64,000 nt of DNA. It comes from Haliotis rubra. Its lineage: Eukaryota. Where the stretch lies: positions 5,022,001 through 5,086,000 of the forward strand of contig NW_025767079.1 of assembly GCF_003918875.1 (NCBI RefSeq), read 5' to 3'. This document shows, piece after piece, positions 23,498 through 36,210 of the stretch; the first letter of the stretch is position 1; each line of letters begins with the position of its first letter. The notes under the pieces were generated by a model that saw only the letters and a list, made by a program, of their open reading frames with translations, was not told the origin of the DNA and did not search any database. Made by a program: the position numbers and the translations under genes.

Positions 23498-26400
23498 GCC
23501 AGCAGCCTGAGTCATGAGCCGGTCAACAGCCTGGTATTGGTCAACTTGTCTCTGATGCATCATTGCTGATGAGTTGCGGTATACTGCAGTTAAAGTCATA
23601 AAGCTTGGCCATTAACCGGGGCACGACTCTGGTACCGGGTGGTCATGCTGCTTGACCAATTCTCTCAAGCTGCCGCCAAGCCATTGTTGTACGACTACTA
23701 TCATGTAGATGTACTAACATCATTAACAAAAGGTCAAGTGAAATACACAATGCCATTTAGAAAGTGGTCAAATGTAACATATGTTTTATTTGGGATTACA
23801 CTTTCAAAAAGGTCAAGTTGACCCTCGGATGCAGAGGGGCAATGCCCAACCGAAAGCATAGCCTGACATTCTACTAAAGCTAGGGGGTATTCCCGTGAAG
23901 TAGAATTCTGTTAATACATTCTTGATGTTGGTGTTGTTGTTCTAAGGGATTAAGTCACTGGGTGCTGTAAAATTCTGAACTATGTTGTGGAATATGATTT
24001 GAATTTACTGAGTTTGGCTCACTGAAATTATAACGATACTGATTAATGTGTCCACCCATTCAGTGCAATACAGTACGCTTACATGTCCTACATGTTATAT
24101 AAATACCATCAAGTTACAATGACTAGTATCATTTTCATTATGGCTCATGCACGATTCCAAGTTCGATTACAAGTTACATGTACAGAGTAAACAAGAGGAA
24201 AGCAGAGGAATGGATGTTCTGGCGATGCATCTCTAGAAAATTGAAACTGCTACAATGTCAACCATCGATGCTGTTGTATCAAATTACATTAGAAAACACG
24301 TATTCTGTTGTGTAGACGACAATTCACATATCAATTCTGTCATGAAATGAAATACCTAATGATTTCAATTCACTTCAGTTATCTGTCATCAAAAGAAATA
24401 TTTGATTGTTCTATTTTGCTGTTGTTGTCTGTTGTCAAAAGACGTCAAAGAACAAACAATGTCACGACACTATAGTAATATGAAAACAATAGTTCCTTGA
24501 AAAATGTTCATCGCCAGTTTGTGAGTATTATATACATGATACATATAGCTGAAACTACAGAGGCTGAATAAACGCCAACCATCTTCTATTTCTAATGAGG
24601 ACCATCAACTGGCCACTCCACAATATGGCATTCAGCGCGCCTGTTGACGATCTGCACAGTTGCATTCGCCTTTGCTTGGAAAGCCCTTATTATGTACTGA
24701 TAACATTTACATCAACTACGAATTATCTTTGTAACTGTTCCATAATCACCTTGATATTTGGCCCGTAGTCATATTTCAGGAGTGAAACCTTTGATGAAAT
24801 GTAACTTTCCCCCAGCGGTGTCAGTGGTTTGTTTCGAATCGAGCATCCGACTTGCGTTGAATCATTCGTGACCAAATCGTGTTATTCCGGGACAATCCGA
24901 ATACCATTCGTCACCACTCGTCCCGTGCCGTACCGCTATTCAGCTTGTGCCGGAATAACACAAGTTGGTCACAAATGGCCGAATACTCGCCTCTTATCTA
25001 CCTGCCGGAATGACACGAGTAGTTACGAATAGGCCGTATAACGAGGTCACTGAAACGGGTTATTTGGGACGAATGGCGCTCAACAAGCCTCCGGGAACCC
25101 ATGGGCAAGCGACAGCCTCCGACTGTTTCCGAATGAACGAAGTTGCACCTGTGTAAAGGCGATACTTTTTCGACACAGAATGAAGAGGAGTTCTATCCTG
25201 AATACCATATCAACATTCTCTAACACAACACAAACACATCTCTCACCACATCTATAGTTCTTGTCTAATGCTTAGTCTCTGAATATGTATAATTTTGATA
25301 GTAACAAACAAGACCATTTAAATTGAAAAGGAGCCCCAGGGAGACCAGAGATCCTGAAGCTGAAGAAATCTAGACTTGCTTTATTTAGGGCTTTAGCACT
25401 GCTGAGAGGGCTTGGCAGTAGGGAAAATCATGCGGTTCATGGACTGTGAGACAGGCTAGTATAGTTCCTACCTTTGTTTTGTTTTTTGTTTGTTGTGCAA
25501 CACATAAAGTCTGTACTAACATGCTGTTGTGTCAGAAAGACGTCAAGAATAATTGGCTAAATTCAAAAGACAATTTACCATATGAAATCATTTTTGATGT
25601 TTGATGTGACGGAGATTTGTCTGAATTTAAACAGCAAATAATATCGCTGGTTTCCCTCGGTCATTTAGCTGCGTCGTGAAAAGTCAGTCATCCGTGTGAC
25701 CTTCTCTGGCCGTCAAGCTTGGTTGCCCAAGCGAGATGTACGTTATTTTGAATGGTACCTTTTGAATGACCACTTGTCTACTTGATTCTACTATTTGACT
25801 GATCCATTATAAGAAATACTAGTAGGTATCAGCTTGAGGATTAGTTGTACACTGAACCAGAAATGGTGTTGTTTTAGGCTGTCTAAGATATGGCGGTCTA
25901 AGTTTTGGGAGGTTACCATCAGGGAATATCATGCGAGCACACAGCAAAGCTGTCTAGAAACTCAGACAAAAGCGTGCTAGACAAGCTCCAAACCCGACCA
26001 GTAGGTCTTTACGGAGAGTTGATCATGACTGTGTTTTGTTGTTGTTGAGTGTAAAGGTGTACGTAGGAGAAAGGGTTGTGTAGAGTGAGGCAGCGTAGAG
26101 TAGAGTCATATAAGGTAGTGTAAGTATGACAGACACAGTGTATTCTGTAAGTGTCGATGTTACGAGCGTTAATGAGTGTTGGCAGAGACCATATAATTAT
26201 ATGGTCTCTGGTATGGGATGTACATTTATTACCCACGTGGTCAACGTATGGCATACTAATCTCGTACGTCACACGAGTGTCGTATCGCGTTGACCTGTGT
26301 CGTAACGACTTGACCTGAAATACTAACGATTTGATTGGATAACCGATGACCTCTCAATTAGGTCACATTCTGACGTAACTATTTTTTTCATTCTTAACAA

Positions 26401-26849
26401 ACACGTGAATTCATTCATTCTACAACTTAAATGCATTGTGGGAATGTAAACATCGCGAACGTTGCCGTGTCGCTGTTTAATTGTGAGTCGAACTGAGACA
26501 TTATATCCGTCGAAAAACGTAAACGCAATGTTTCCACCAGTGATGTTAGCCGAATGTAGCAACTCCAAACCAAGAAACGGGGTGCTACGGAGTATATAGG
26601 AGGCTGTACGAGGCGATGACAACTGACATGAATCGTGACATCGGTTGCCAAGGCAGTGACGTCATTACAATATGACGTCATGCAAATATTGTACTACAGT
26701 ACAAAACTCTTACGCAACCTCTTTATGAAACCGGTAAGCCTGGGTTAGATGGGAAGTTTTTTAATTGTATGTATAATTCACTTTGTGCCTGTGACATTTT
26801 TAGCCCACACATATTTATAATATTTATTAAGAATTTATGTACAATTATG

Positions 26850-27320
26850 CAACATGAAGGTGGTAAGGGAATGTCTATTTCCACTGTATTTAATAATGTG
26901 TATGACCTTATGTTTGCTAATGATGTTTCGGCTCTTTCAGAGATGTGTATTCAAGTGCAGAAAAAGGATGACTGCCCTTGAATTATTTTGTAAAGAAACA
27001 GGAATGGAAGTAAATCTTAAGAAAACTAAAGCTGTTATATTTAGAAATTGAGGGCCTAGATTTTATGAAAAGTGGTATTTTAATGGGGAATAATTGGAAA
27101 CTGTCTTTTTTTAAATATAAGGCATTATAGTTTCACCAAAACTTGTTTGGTCCAGAGCACACTTGTGTTTAGCATCTCAAGCCAGAATTAAGCTGAAGGG
27201 ACAACCTGCCACATTCAGTCAGGCCCATAGAATTACAATATGACCTATTTATTTAAAGATACTTTTTACAACAATCAAGCTGTACAGATTTAATACTTTT
27301 ACAATAAGAAGTTTCCCATA
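26850..27320 (+). mobile_element. LINE reverse transcriptase fragments (last part inverted)
   Basis: LMFANDV (xADD-like), ALELFCKETGMEVNLKKTK; similar to 12230-12620. Confidence 0.7.
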
Positions 27321-27436
27321 TTAGGAAAGCTAAAAAAGCTCAGTTCATTACGCCAAATGTCATGACAAGCAGAAATCCCCATAACCCTCCCCAAAGCAAC
27401 CCCTCCCACACTGCCTAGGGATTCTCGCCTGACACT

Positions 27437-29432
27437 TTGTCACGTGCAAATGTCAGGCATACTCAAAAAAGCATATCCCTGATTGCACCATTACATAAGA
27501 ACACCATACTAGTACATTTTGCAGACAAAAGATCAAATGCACTCATAGACAAAGGCGCATCAATCAGCTGTATTAGTCAAAAACTTCTGAACAAAATAGG
27601 ATTAGGTGATGAAAAATTAGGCAAATCCCCCATTCATGAAGTGGTTGGATTTTGAGGCGAGAAACAACACATTTTAGGCACGATACAACTGTCATTTTCA
27701 ATAGGTCATTTAAAACTCTCACACTGTTTTAACGTCTTTGCAAAGTTGCACCATTCCCTTATCTTAGTAATGGACTTTCTTGAACACAACAAAGTTTCAG
27801 TAGACCTTGGCTCTCGAACCGTTTCTATTCATGACGGTTTAACCGTTGTTTCACTTGTACAAGCTAATACAGGTTTAGCTCGTGCATACAAACCATTCAC
27901 CATACCGCCCAGAAGACAAATGAACGTTCCAGTTAGAATTTCACGGAACATAGATGGCTCAGTGCTCTTACTGGAACCCACCCCAAATCTCACGACGCAC
28001 AAGCTGCAAGGTACTACGACGCCAAGGTAAAACCACATTTCGTTTATTAAACCCAACTAACAGCAACATTAGCATATCAGCTTGTACAGTTCTTGCTACA
28101 GTTAGTGAAGTGGACATCAATTCCATTCAAACTTTGCATGAGGCAGATGAGCAAATAGGCATTATGTCTATCTCCAGAACTCTCACCAATCAAGGTAAAT
28201 CTGCCAGAAATATTGACTTTGACCTTTCTTCTTCTGATCTTTCACCTCAACAAAGGAACCAACTAAACAATTTTCTTCAAGACAACAGAGATGTCTTTAC
28301 TGAAAACTGACAAGAACTTGGCAAAACCAGCTTGTACCACCACAAGATAGACACTGGTGATGCGAAACCCATTCGACTCCCGTTTTATAGACAGAATCCA
28401 GTAATTCGAAAGGAATGTGTCAGACAGGTACGGGACATGCTTGATGCAGGTATCATTGAGCCCAGTCGCTCAGATTGGAGAAGTCCTGTCGTCATGGTCA
28501 AGAAGAAATCGGGCGAATATCGATTTGCCGTAGATTTCAGAAAATTGAACAGTGTCACCCAGCCGGAATTCTTTCCTCTACCTCGTTTTGAAGATGTGGT
28601 GGACACTATTGGAGAATCTCAAGCTCGAATTTTCTCCGTTTTGGACTGTGCCAGCGGATTTTGGCAAATACCCATGGACCCCGACACAAAACACAAGTCA
28701 GCATTTATTACACCAGAGGGAGTCTTCCACTGGAATCGAATGCCTTTTTGGGTTGACCAATGCACCCATGTCCTTTCAAATGTTGATGACAGAAGTTCTG
28801 AGAGAGATGAACTGGAGACATGCACTAGTATATGTCGATGACATAATCATCTATTCCAGGAATTTCGGTGAACATCTGAAGCACCTTCAACAGGTGTTCC
28901 AGAAACTCCGGCAGGCAGGACTTACACTAAAGCCGAGTAAATGCAAGTTTGCTGAAAAGAAAGTTACCTATCTTGGTCACTTCTTCAGTAAGGATGGCAT
29001 TGAAGGGGACAAAAACAAAATAGAAGCAGTGAAGAGCATGCCAACGCCAAGAAATCAACAAGAGGTACGACAGTTCATTGGCCTTGCCAACTACTACAGG
29101 AAATTTGTTCAAGGGTTTTCACAAATTGCTGCACCTCTTAACCAGTTGCTGAGGAAAGAGATGGAGTTCAATTGGGATGAAAATTGTCAACATGCTTTGA
29201 TAAACTCAAAATTGCCCTTACATCTGCACCTGTTCTTGTGTACCCAGATGTAACAAAACCATTCATATTAACCACAGATGCAAGCGGGGCCAGTTTAGGC
29301 TATATTCTAGGACAGCTTAATGCCAAAGGAAATGAGCATGTGATTTCCTATGGTGGTAGATCCTTAAATGGAAGTGAAAGGAAATGGACAGTGACGGAAC
29401 TGGAATGTCTCGCTGTATCGGCACTGGTTTGA
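27437..29432 (+). mobile_element. Ty3/Gypsy pol pseudogene (protease-RT-RNase H), no integrase or LTR visible
   Basis: ALIDKGAS protease motif; HHKIDTGDAKPIR, SPVVMVKKK, VDFRKLN, LDCASGFWQI, YVDDII, LTTDAS, ELECLAV; several frameshifts and stops. Confidence 0.93.
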
Positions 29433-29629
29433 CATACAGGTTACGGTCCTAAGAGGAAAATACATAAAAAAGGTTTCACTGTCGCTTGTGACAGCACAAT
29501 CATACACTCAGTAAAGTACAGATTCCAGTATTTTGGGGGGTTGACTCGGCCCCAGACTAGTAGTAGAATCTCTTCTCAAAGCTGGGAAATATAGCATATG
29601 ATCACTGAAGTACAGATTCTAGCACCTAT

Positions 29630-29780
29630 TTGGGGTTAGCCAAGCTGTTAAAGCGTTGGCTCGTCGCGCCGATGACAAGGGTTCGATGGGTACAATGTGT
29701 GAAGTCGACTTCTGGTGTCCCCCGCCGTGGTGTTGTTGGAATATTACTAAAAGCGACGTAAAACCATACTCGCTCACTCA
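29630..29780 (+). mobile_element. SINE family B copy (diverged)
   Basis: Family B body and tail. Confidence 0.7.
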
Positions 29781-30214
29781 ACACAGTCTTGACCCATGGA
29801 ATGACAAGCGAATGGATTTCAATACATGAAATCATTTTAAATATGAAAAAATACCCACATTCAAATAATACAACTTATATATTTATCTATATACCGTATT
29901 GAAGTCAGTAGTCTTATATGTTGCAATTTTCTGCAATCCTTTTGATACTTTCCCTGACCTCAAAGGTCAGGCATTTGTTTGCTTAATTTCCTCTGCGCAA
30001 GACGGACATTATCCGCATATATCAGTGTGTTTAAGGTGTACCGAAATGTGAGCAATGGGAATGTACAGATAACTGGACATGTCGCCTCTTTAAGTCGTCA
30101 TTGGTAATGATGGCCTTACAAAAAAACCATATAAACAATGCAAACATTATGAGAAATACACGTGGAAAAAATGTTGAACATGACGAAAGATTCATTCTAA
30201 CCTTCATCTTATTT

Positions 30215-30303
30215 TTTATTCATTCATTCATTCGTTCATATCTGTATATCTCTCTATTCATTCATTCATCCATACATCCTCCATTCATTCATTCATTCAT
30301 CTA
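30215..30303. repeat. (ATTC)n degenerate microsatellite
   Basis: Seen directly. Confidence 0.7.
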
Positions 30304-30708
30304 TTAGTCTGTCTGTTAAAGTATTTTAGTAAGTCTGGTTTGTCACCGTAATATACACCGGTTGAGTTAAAGTTGGATGACAACAACATGTTGACCTTTG
30401 ATCCAGCGATTAGATATCACGAGCACGATATCGATATGGTTCTAAGTACACCCTGCGTTCTGAAAGATGGACGTAATCCGATATACGTGATATATTGTCA
30501 TCTAATACTCTTATCCCTACTAATTGTACTAGACATGACACAAATAAAATAAAACCCTACCCTTCCTCAACGAATCTCACTCAACCCTGCATTTGCCCTA
30601 CCATACCCATCCCTGGTCAAATAACGCCGCAGGTATCTTTGTGTGTTTTGTCACATGCCATCAGATGGCGGCGGACAACATGCTTATCTATGCACATTGT
30701 CTGGCAGG

Positions 30709-31632
30709 TAAGGCTGGCTATAGATATAGATCACAGAGATCGATAACCGTTAACTGAATATCGATCGATGGTCGATAAATATCGGAGACGTAACTTAGAG
30801 CAGAAATGCCTAGGATATCGAAAGAAATGAATGTACATGTGTTTCACATCACTGGTGGGTTGTGACATTTGTATGGCTGAATGTTAACAAAACAGCGTTT
30901 TAAACATAATGTAGAATCAGACCATGAATAAAGTCCTAAATTTGTATATTGTGAGAAAAAAATAAAACTTTTTTCTATCATAAAAGTTAATGTACGATAG
31001 GGGCACTCCCATTACGCAAACAGGCAGTTCGCAGACGCCTTAAAACAACAACATTTGCAGTGTTCAATGAACAGATTAGCTTCTACCTGTTACCTACACA
31101 TTATAATGGACTAATCAGAATAAAAACACAAGAAAATTGCGACTCTGTTGCTTCATTTAAATCTTATATCCACTTGAAAGAAAAATGTGTACCTAGTTAT
31201 TATTTATATGGAATAAGGAATAAGTTCAATGTTTTGCACACAAGATTAAGATATTTGACGAGTACACTTTATAATGATTTATTTTAAATAAATATAAAGA
31301 AATGATGCATCATGTCAATGTGGCCATGGATGTGAGAATGCTTTTCATAGCTTCATTATCACAACAAAGTTCTTTTTACCCACAATCAAACTTCTCAGTA
31401 ACGAACCTGTTTCAGGCTCACTCAACTCTTCCCACTAGACAGTGGACTGTTCCATTATACCCGTAGGTGTTACCCTATTTAACCTTCTAGTTCACTGTCT
31501 GTCAAATTGGTGTCTGTCAATTGGGAGATAACCGTATTATATATTATCGATAGCACAATTTTCATATAGATAATGTTCAGTGATGTTTCCTATCGACGGT
31601 ATTTCCGATTATCGACCAATTAGCCAACCCTA
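30709..31632. mobile_element. hAT-like non-autonomous element containing a CR1-like LINE 3' fragment (about 31020-31350)
   Basis: Ends TAAGGCTGGCTA / TAGCCAACCCTA; near-matching 8-bp flanks CTGGCAGG / GCGGCAGG; ATCGAT-rich subtermini; HTRLRY motif inside. Confidence 0.5.
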
Positions 31633-31836
31633 GCGGCAGGCGCCTTTTCGCTGGTACCTTGTGTCACGTCTTTCAATTATCCATTCATATTACTCTCACA
31701 GGTTTTTTCCCTTTTTACGCCCCCGAAAAATATAGTCCCGACTGGTTATTCTCTCGCGCTGACATATTGAAGTTTTCACAGCCATGATATATTACCCATT
31801 ATCGTTGTAAACCTCAACAAGGGCCTATATGTTACT

Positions 31837-32040
31837 ACCCGTGAAGGCCCGGACAAGAATTGGTCTTCAGCAAACAATGTTTGTCGTAATAGGCGACTAA
31901 CGGGATCGGATGGTCAAGCTCACTGATTGGGTGACATATGTCATTGTATCCCAATGTGTGAAGGCCATTTTTGGTGTCCCACGCGGTGATATTGCTGGAA
32001 TATTGCGAAACGTGGCGTAAAACTAACCTCACTCACTTAC
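31837..32040 (+). mobile_element. Chimeric SINE: family A 5' half joined to family B 3' half
   Basis: Switch at CCCAATGTGTGAAGG (about 31951-31964). Confidence 0.75.
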
Positions 32041-32215
32041 TTGTTGCTCTTCACAGTGGTCAGCATTCACCTAGCAATATCAACATAGAAATTAATGAAC
32101 TCCAGACCAAGCACACCAGAAGTAAATGCATGCCACTTCCAAAGCCTTTGTAGTATGATGACATAATTACCACGTATCTAGACCTGACCAACAAATCCAG
32201 TTTAGTGTCATTCTG

Positions 32216-32440
32216 ACCCTTGCAGAACCTGGTTAGAATTTATCTTCAGTAACCCATGCTTGTTGTAAGAGGCGACTAACGGGATCAATTGCTCAGGCTC
32301 GCTGACTTGGTTGACACGTCATCGCATCCCAATTGCGTAGATCGATGCTCATGATGTTGATCACTGGATTGATCGATTATTGATTAATATTTACAGACCG
32401 CCGCCATACAGCTGGGATATTGCTGACTGCAGTGTAAAAC
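32216..32440 (+). mobile_element. SINE family A copy
   Basis: Family A head and body. Confidence 0.8.
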
Positions 32441-32982
32441 AATGCACCAGCCAAACAACGGACTGTACGTTACTTGGGTAATCATAAGCAAGATTTGAGT
32501 GGTGTTAAATCACCTGTGAGACAATTGATTGAACGAATATCTGTCTGGGCTAATCTTGAGCAAAAAAATAATCCTCTCCCCCAAACACTTGCCGGCGAAA
32601 GGAAACATTTAACTGACAAGAAATGGTTATTTCAGTGTGATGTTTTAAATTCGGGAATTATGACTGCGTTTTAGACCTTACGTTTACAGTATGTCGGGTT
32701 GTGTTTTCTGTGTATTAATCTTCATTTTGTTTCACTGACGTTTCGGTCAGCTCTAAATTTCAAGAGTATACTTTCCCTTCTTGTCTGGCACATTAACAAC
32801 TTGATGATAATAACAACAATAAATACCTAAAACATTAAACAATTCTTTTATATTATTTCCATGGCATAAGATGTATAATGTACATTCCTATGGATTTCCT
32901 ATGCAATATTTTTTCACAGTTGATAGGTGTACTCTTATTGCACTTGTTTGGACCTTGAAATAAGTATCCGTCCCCTGTAAGG

Positions 32983-33155
32983 CTGACTAGTGACTGACTG
33001 AGTTTGGTTTTACGCCGCTTTTAGCAATATTCCAGCAATATCACGGCGGGGGACACCAGAAATGGGCTTCACTCATTGTACCCATGTGGGGATTCGAACC
33101 CGGGTCTTTGGCGCGACGAGCCAACGCTTTAACCACTAAACTACCCCACCGCCCC
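32983..33155 (-). mobile_element. SINE family B, full length
   Basis: TSD GTCCCCTGTAAGG on both sides. Confidence 0.9.
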
Positions 33156-33855
33156 GTCCCCTGTAAGGACTCATACCGAACCAAAGTAGATCATACATAC
33201 TGTTAACAGATGGATGATGATGAATCACATACTTTAACACCCGTAACGGTATAACATAGTTGTAGCCTCAACCTGAAGGTCAACGTTTCTTTTACCTTGA
33301 TGGACACAAAGTCAATTCTTGGTATCCCCCACCATGCAATGTCCACTGTATTGATGAAACGGGTAAACTGCAGAGCTTCATGTCTCTCTCTTACGGCAAT
33401 AGATATTTTTTCATGTGTGTCAGCTCAGTATCGCTGTTGATCTCATACGGGAAATGGGAAGATACATGTAGTATAAACCGCCAAGAGAGCAAAAATTTTG
33501 CCACGATTTACACAGGTTACATTGAGAACGAATGTATCATACTTGAGTGCGTAAGATGTATGATAAACGTTATATACCTTCAACATATCATGCCTATCAT
33601 ACCCTCCAAAAATCCATTATGCTTTATAATAAAATATGGCCTTGAAAAAGTATTACATTACAAGAAATGTCGCGGTGTAAATTGTCCGATGCACCTTTTT
33701 TACAGTAATTATGAAAGACAATGATCTATGTGAACAGGCTTACTTTTGTACCCTTATGTTATAAAACTGCATAATTACCGACATTTACCACGGGCCTCTG
33801 ACCGACACGTGTGCAGAGAAAGAATAAATGAAAGTTTGGGTAAAATTCAACCCAG

Positions 33856-34860
33856 TCACTTTGAATCGGAAGTTTCCGCACCCGCGAAAGGACGCCATTT
33901 TGGCATTCTGCTCAGGAATTCCTCGTCCTCATCAGAAGGCTCATAAGGTAGAACTCCAGCCAATTGCTGAGCTTCTACAGTAGTTGCGGATGGTGGCAGC
34001 TCAGATACAATTTTGATGCTCATCTCTCTTAGTCTTGGGGCTCTTTCTCTGAAGTAGCTGATACCATTGCATGGCCAGTGTTTTGTGAGCAGCATTTCCT
34101 TGTAAGCTCTCTGCTTCTTTTGAAGCGACACTTCGTCTGCCCATACTGCGGGCGCCATGCAAACAAACACCACAAAGCGCCATCTACCGGGATTCTTTCG
34201 ACGAATTAAGGGCCGAGTATTTGCATGGATAAGCCTGGAATCCCACACTACCATTCCCCCCTTCGGAACCGGAATTCGTTTTCGAAGACAGTTACAACGT
34301 TCTTTAAACCACTCGACGTCATCAGACCGGAAGTTTCGGACACGCCATGTTGGATTTGCTTTACGTTGTTCGACGGCATAGTCACATTCTTCATAATATC
34401 TATCAAAGAAATGATGAGACCCTTCAATGACCTCAAATGTCCAGTCATCCTGCGCACAGTGCTCAAGGTACACAGCTCCTTGGTATCCATGGAGCCCCAT
34501 CCTCGAAGAGTCCTGGTCTACGTGGAGCCAGTCCTGACTTGGAATGTAGAAATCCTCCTCCCCATCTTCTGGAGGACGCCCGATAGCGATTCCATCAAAA
34601 CTTGTCAATAACTTCTCAGTTCCCCATATTTGGGCGAAGACTGGTTTTGCTTTCATGCGCACTGCCCATGTTGGCTCCATATGACCGACTTTGAATTTCT
34701 GTATCAGGGATTTAGTGGTCGGAGGCCACGCCCCTTCAAACCCATTCAACCAATCATCGTACATGCCTCTGTATTTGTCGGCCTGTTCGGTTGTCAGAAC
34801 ATCCTGAATGACAGCGTAGCCCTTGGTCTCAAGATCTTTCCTGTTGCTCTCGGAAAACAT
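33856..34860 (-). CDS. PhyH-family Fe(II)/2-oxoglutarate dioxygenase, paralogue 1 (334 aa, soluble)
   Basis: N-terminal L-E-T-K-G-Y-A-V-I; WLHVDQ (HxD); YQGAVYL; GSH; PKGGMVVWDSRLIHAN (distal His); WRFVVFVCM (2OG Arg); Kozak-like CACCATG. Confidence 0.92.
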   Translation of the reverse strand: MFSESNRKDLETKGYAVIQDVLTTEQADKYRGMYDDWLNGFEGAWPPTTKSLIQKFKVGHMEPTWAVRMKAKPVFAQIWGTEKLLTSFDGIAIGRPPEDGEEDFYIPSQDWLHVDQDSSRMGLHGYQGAVYLEHCAQDDWTFEVIEGSHHFFDRYYEECDYAVEQRKANPTWRVRNFRSDDVEWFKERCNCLRKRIPVPKGGMVVWDSRLIHANTRPLIRRKNPGRWRFVVFVCMAPAVWADEVSLQKKQRAYKEMLLTKHWPCNGISYFRERAPRLREMSIKIVSELPPSATTVEAQQLAGVLPYEPSDEDEEFLSRMPKWRPFAGAETSDSK

Positions 34861-34949
34861 GGTGAAGGTCTGAAAAATTTATTCAATTTATTATTAGGAT
34901 GCCGTCGAACGTCACGGATTCCTGTTTTTACCACTGGTGGCCCAGAAGT

Positions 34950-35090
34950 GGGACGGTGGGGTAGCCTAATGGTTAAAGCGTCCGCTCGTCACGCTGAAGA
35001 CGACGGTTCGATTCCCGACATGGGTACACTGAGTGAAGCCCATTTCTAGTGTTCCCCGCTGTGATATTGCTTGAACACACTCACTCACCT
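34950..35090 (+). mobile_element. SINE family B copy in the predicted 5' UTR intron
   Basis: GGGGTAGCCTAATGGTTAAAGCG..GGTTCGATTCCC. Confidence 0.8.
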
Positions 35091-36148
35091 GCTATTACTA
35101 ACGATTAATATATAAATTAATTATTACAGCTTACATTAGAAAGGTAGCTTATGAATTAGCTATCATTATTAGTATCCTGATAATAGAAATCAATTGGAAC
35201 ACATCGTAGGTAACTTGCATATCTCATAGGTAACCTTTGACATGATATGAACCGATGTTTATCGGGTAAAGGGAAGTAACTCGTTTCGTTTACGTCTTCA
35301 TCCTCATCATTCCAGATTTGTATGAATTAGTATCTGTAAATATTTGTCAAGCAATGTGCTAAGCACACACATACACACGCAGGTAAACAGAACGATACTC
35401 CTCTCGAAATCGCTTGACAACGTATATACGCTAAAAATATACCATCTGTTTGTGTCCCGACGCACCACGATCGTCATATTAGGAAGAAAATGTTTATTTG
35501 TTTGTTTTTTAGACCAAGAAACGAACGCATAGTCTTGGGATATTTGCCAGAGCCATGAAATAGCTACTGTTATCGAATTGTGCCTTGAACCCTTTGACGA
35601 AATCGAATGCCAGGAATCGTGCGCGTTTGAAAAAAAAAACCTTTATACATTATGAGAAGAATAAAGTCTAATGGAGGAAACAAACACTTTTCCCTGAATA
35701 AATTCTCTTCCGCCTTATTTGCTCAGTTACTGAAGTAATAGAAACACGCATGTCTATGTCGAGGGGGACGTGGAATGGGAGAAGGATCTGTCTGCCTCAT
35801 TAGAGATTACTCCTGTCAATTATTACCCAAGAGAAATGAATGCATGAATGAATTAGCAAATGGCCATAGAACACTTGAAGTAACCATTTATGCTTCAGAC
35901 TGTTTAAATTCTTTAAATCAGAATTCAGATAATAAATCATCTGGTTAAGCAGCTGCGCAGCCTACATACATCACACGTTACACTATATACACGATTTCAG
36001 TATCTTAAGTCCATCTATCGTGTCCCTTCTGTGATACTACTCGAATAGCCATACTGTTAGTAATCCTATTTCCTTGTCGCGTTGCTGGTTGCCAAACGTT
36101 GACAGTAACTTTATACAAACTAGCGCACTGATATTAGTGTGGAATAGA

Positions 36149-36210
36149 ACTTACCTTGTGCCTTTTACACGGTCGATACCTGACAGACACAAGTGTCACA
36201 GCGTTTTATA
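36149..36210 (-). promoter_or_regulatory. Candidate TATA box and short non-coding first exon of dioxygenase 1
   Basis: TATAAAA (36210-36204), AAG|GTAAGT donor at 36154, acceptor TTTTTCAG at 34870, 9 nt before the ATG. Confidence 0.55.

Larger units (their letters stand above)
15338..26223 (-). repeat. Left arm of inverted segmental duplication
   Basis: Colinear reverse-complement match to 37987-46112 across satellite, thioesterase gene, L2 fragment, SINEs and unique DNA. Confidence 0.93.

Noticed and set aside
24595-24770. PAN/apple-like relic (VDDLHSCIRLCLESPYYVLITF)
   Set aside because: Cysteine pattern incomplete, short, no gene context.
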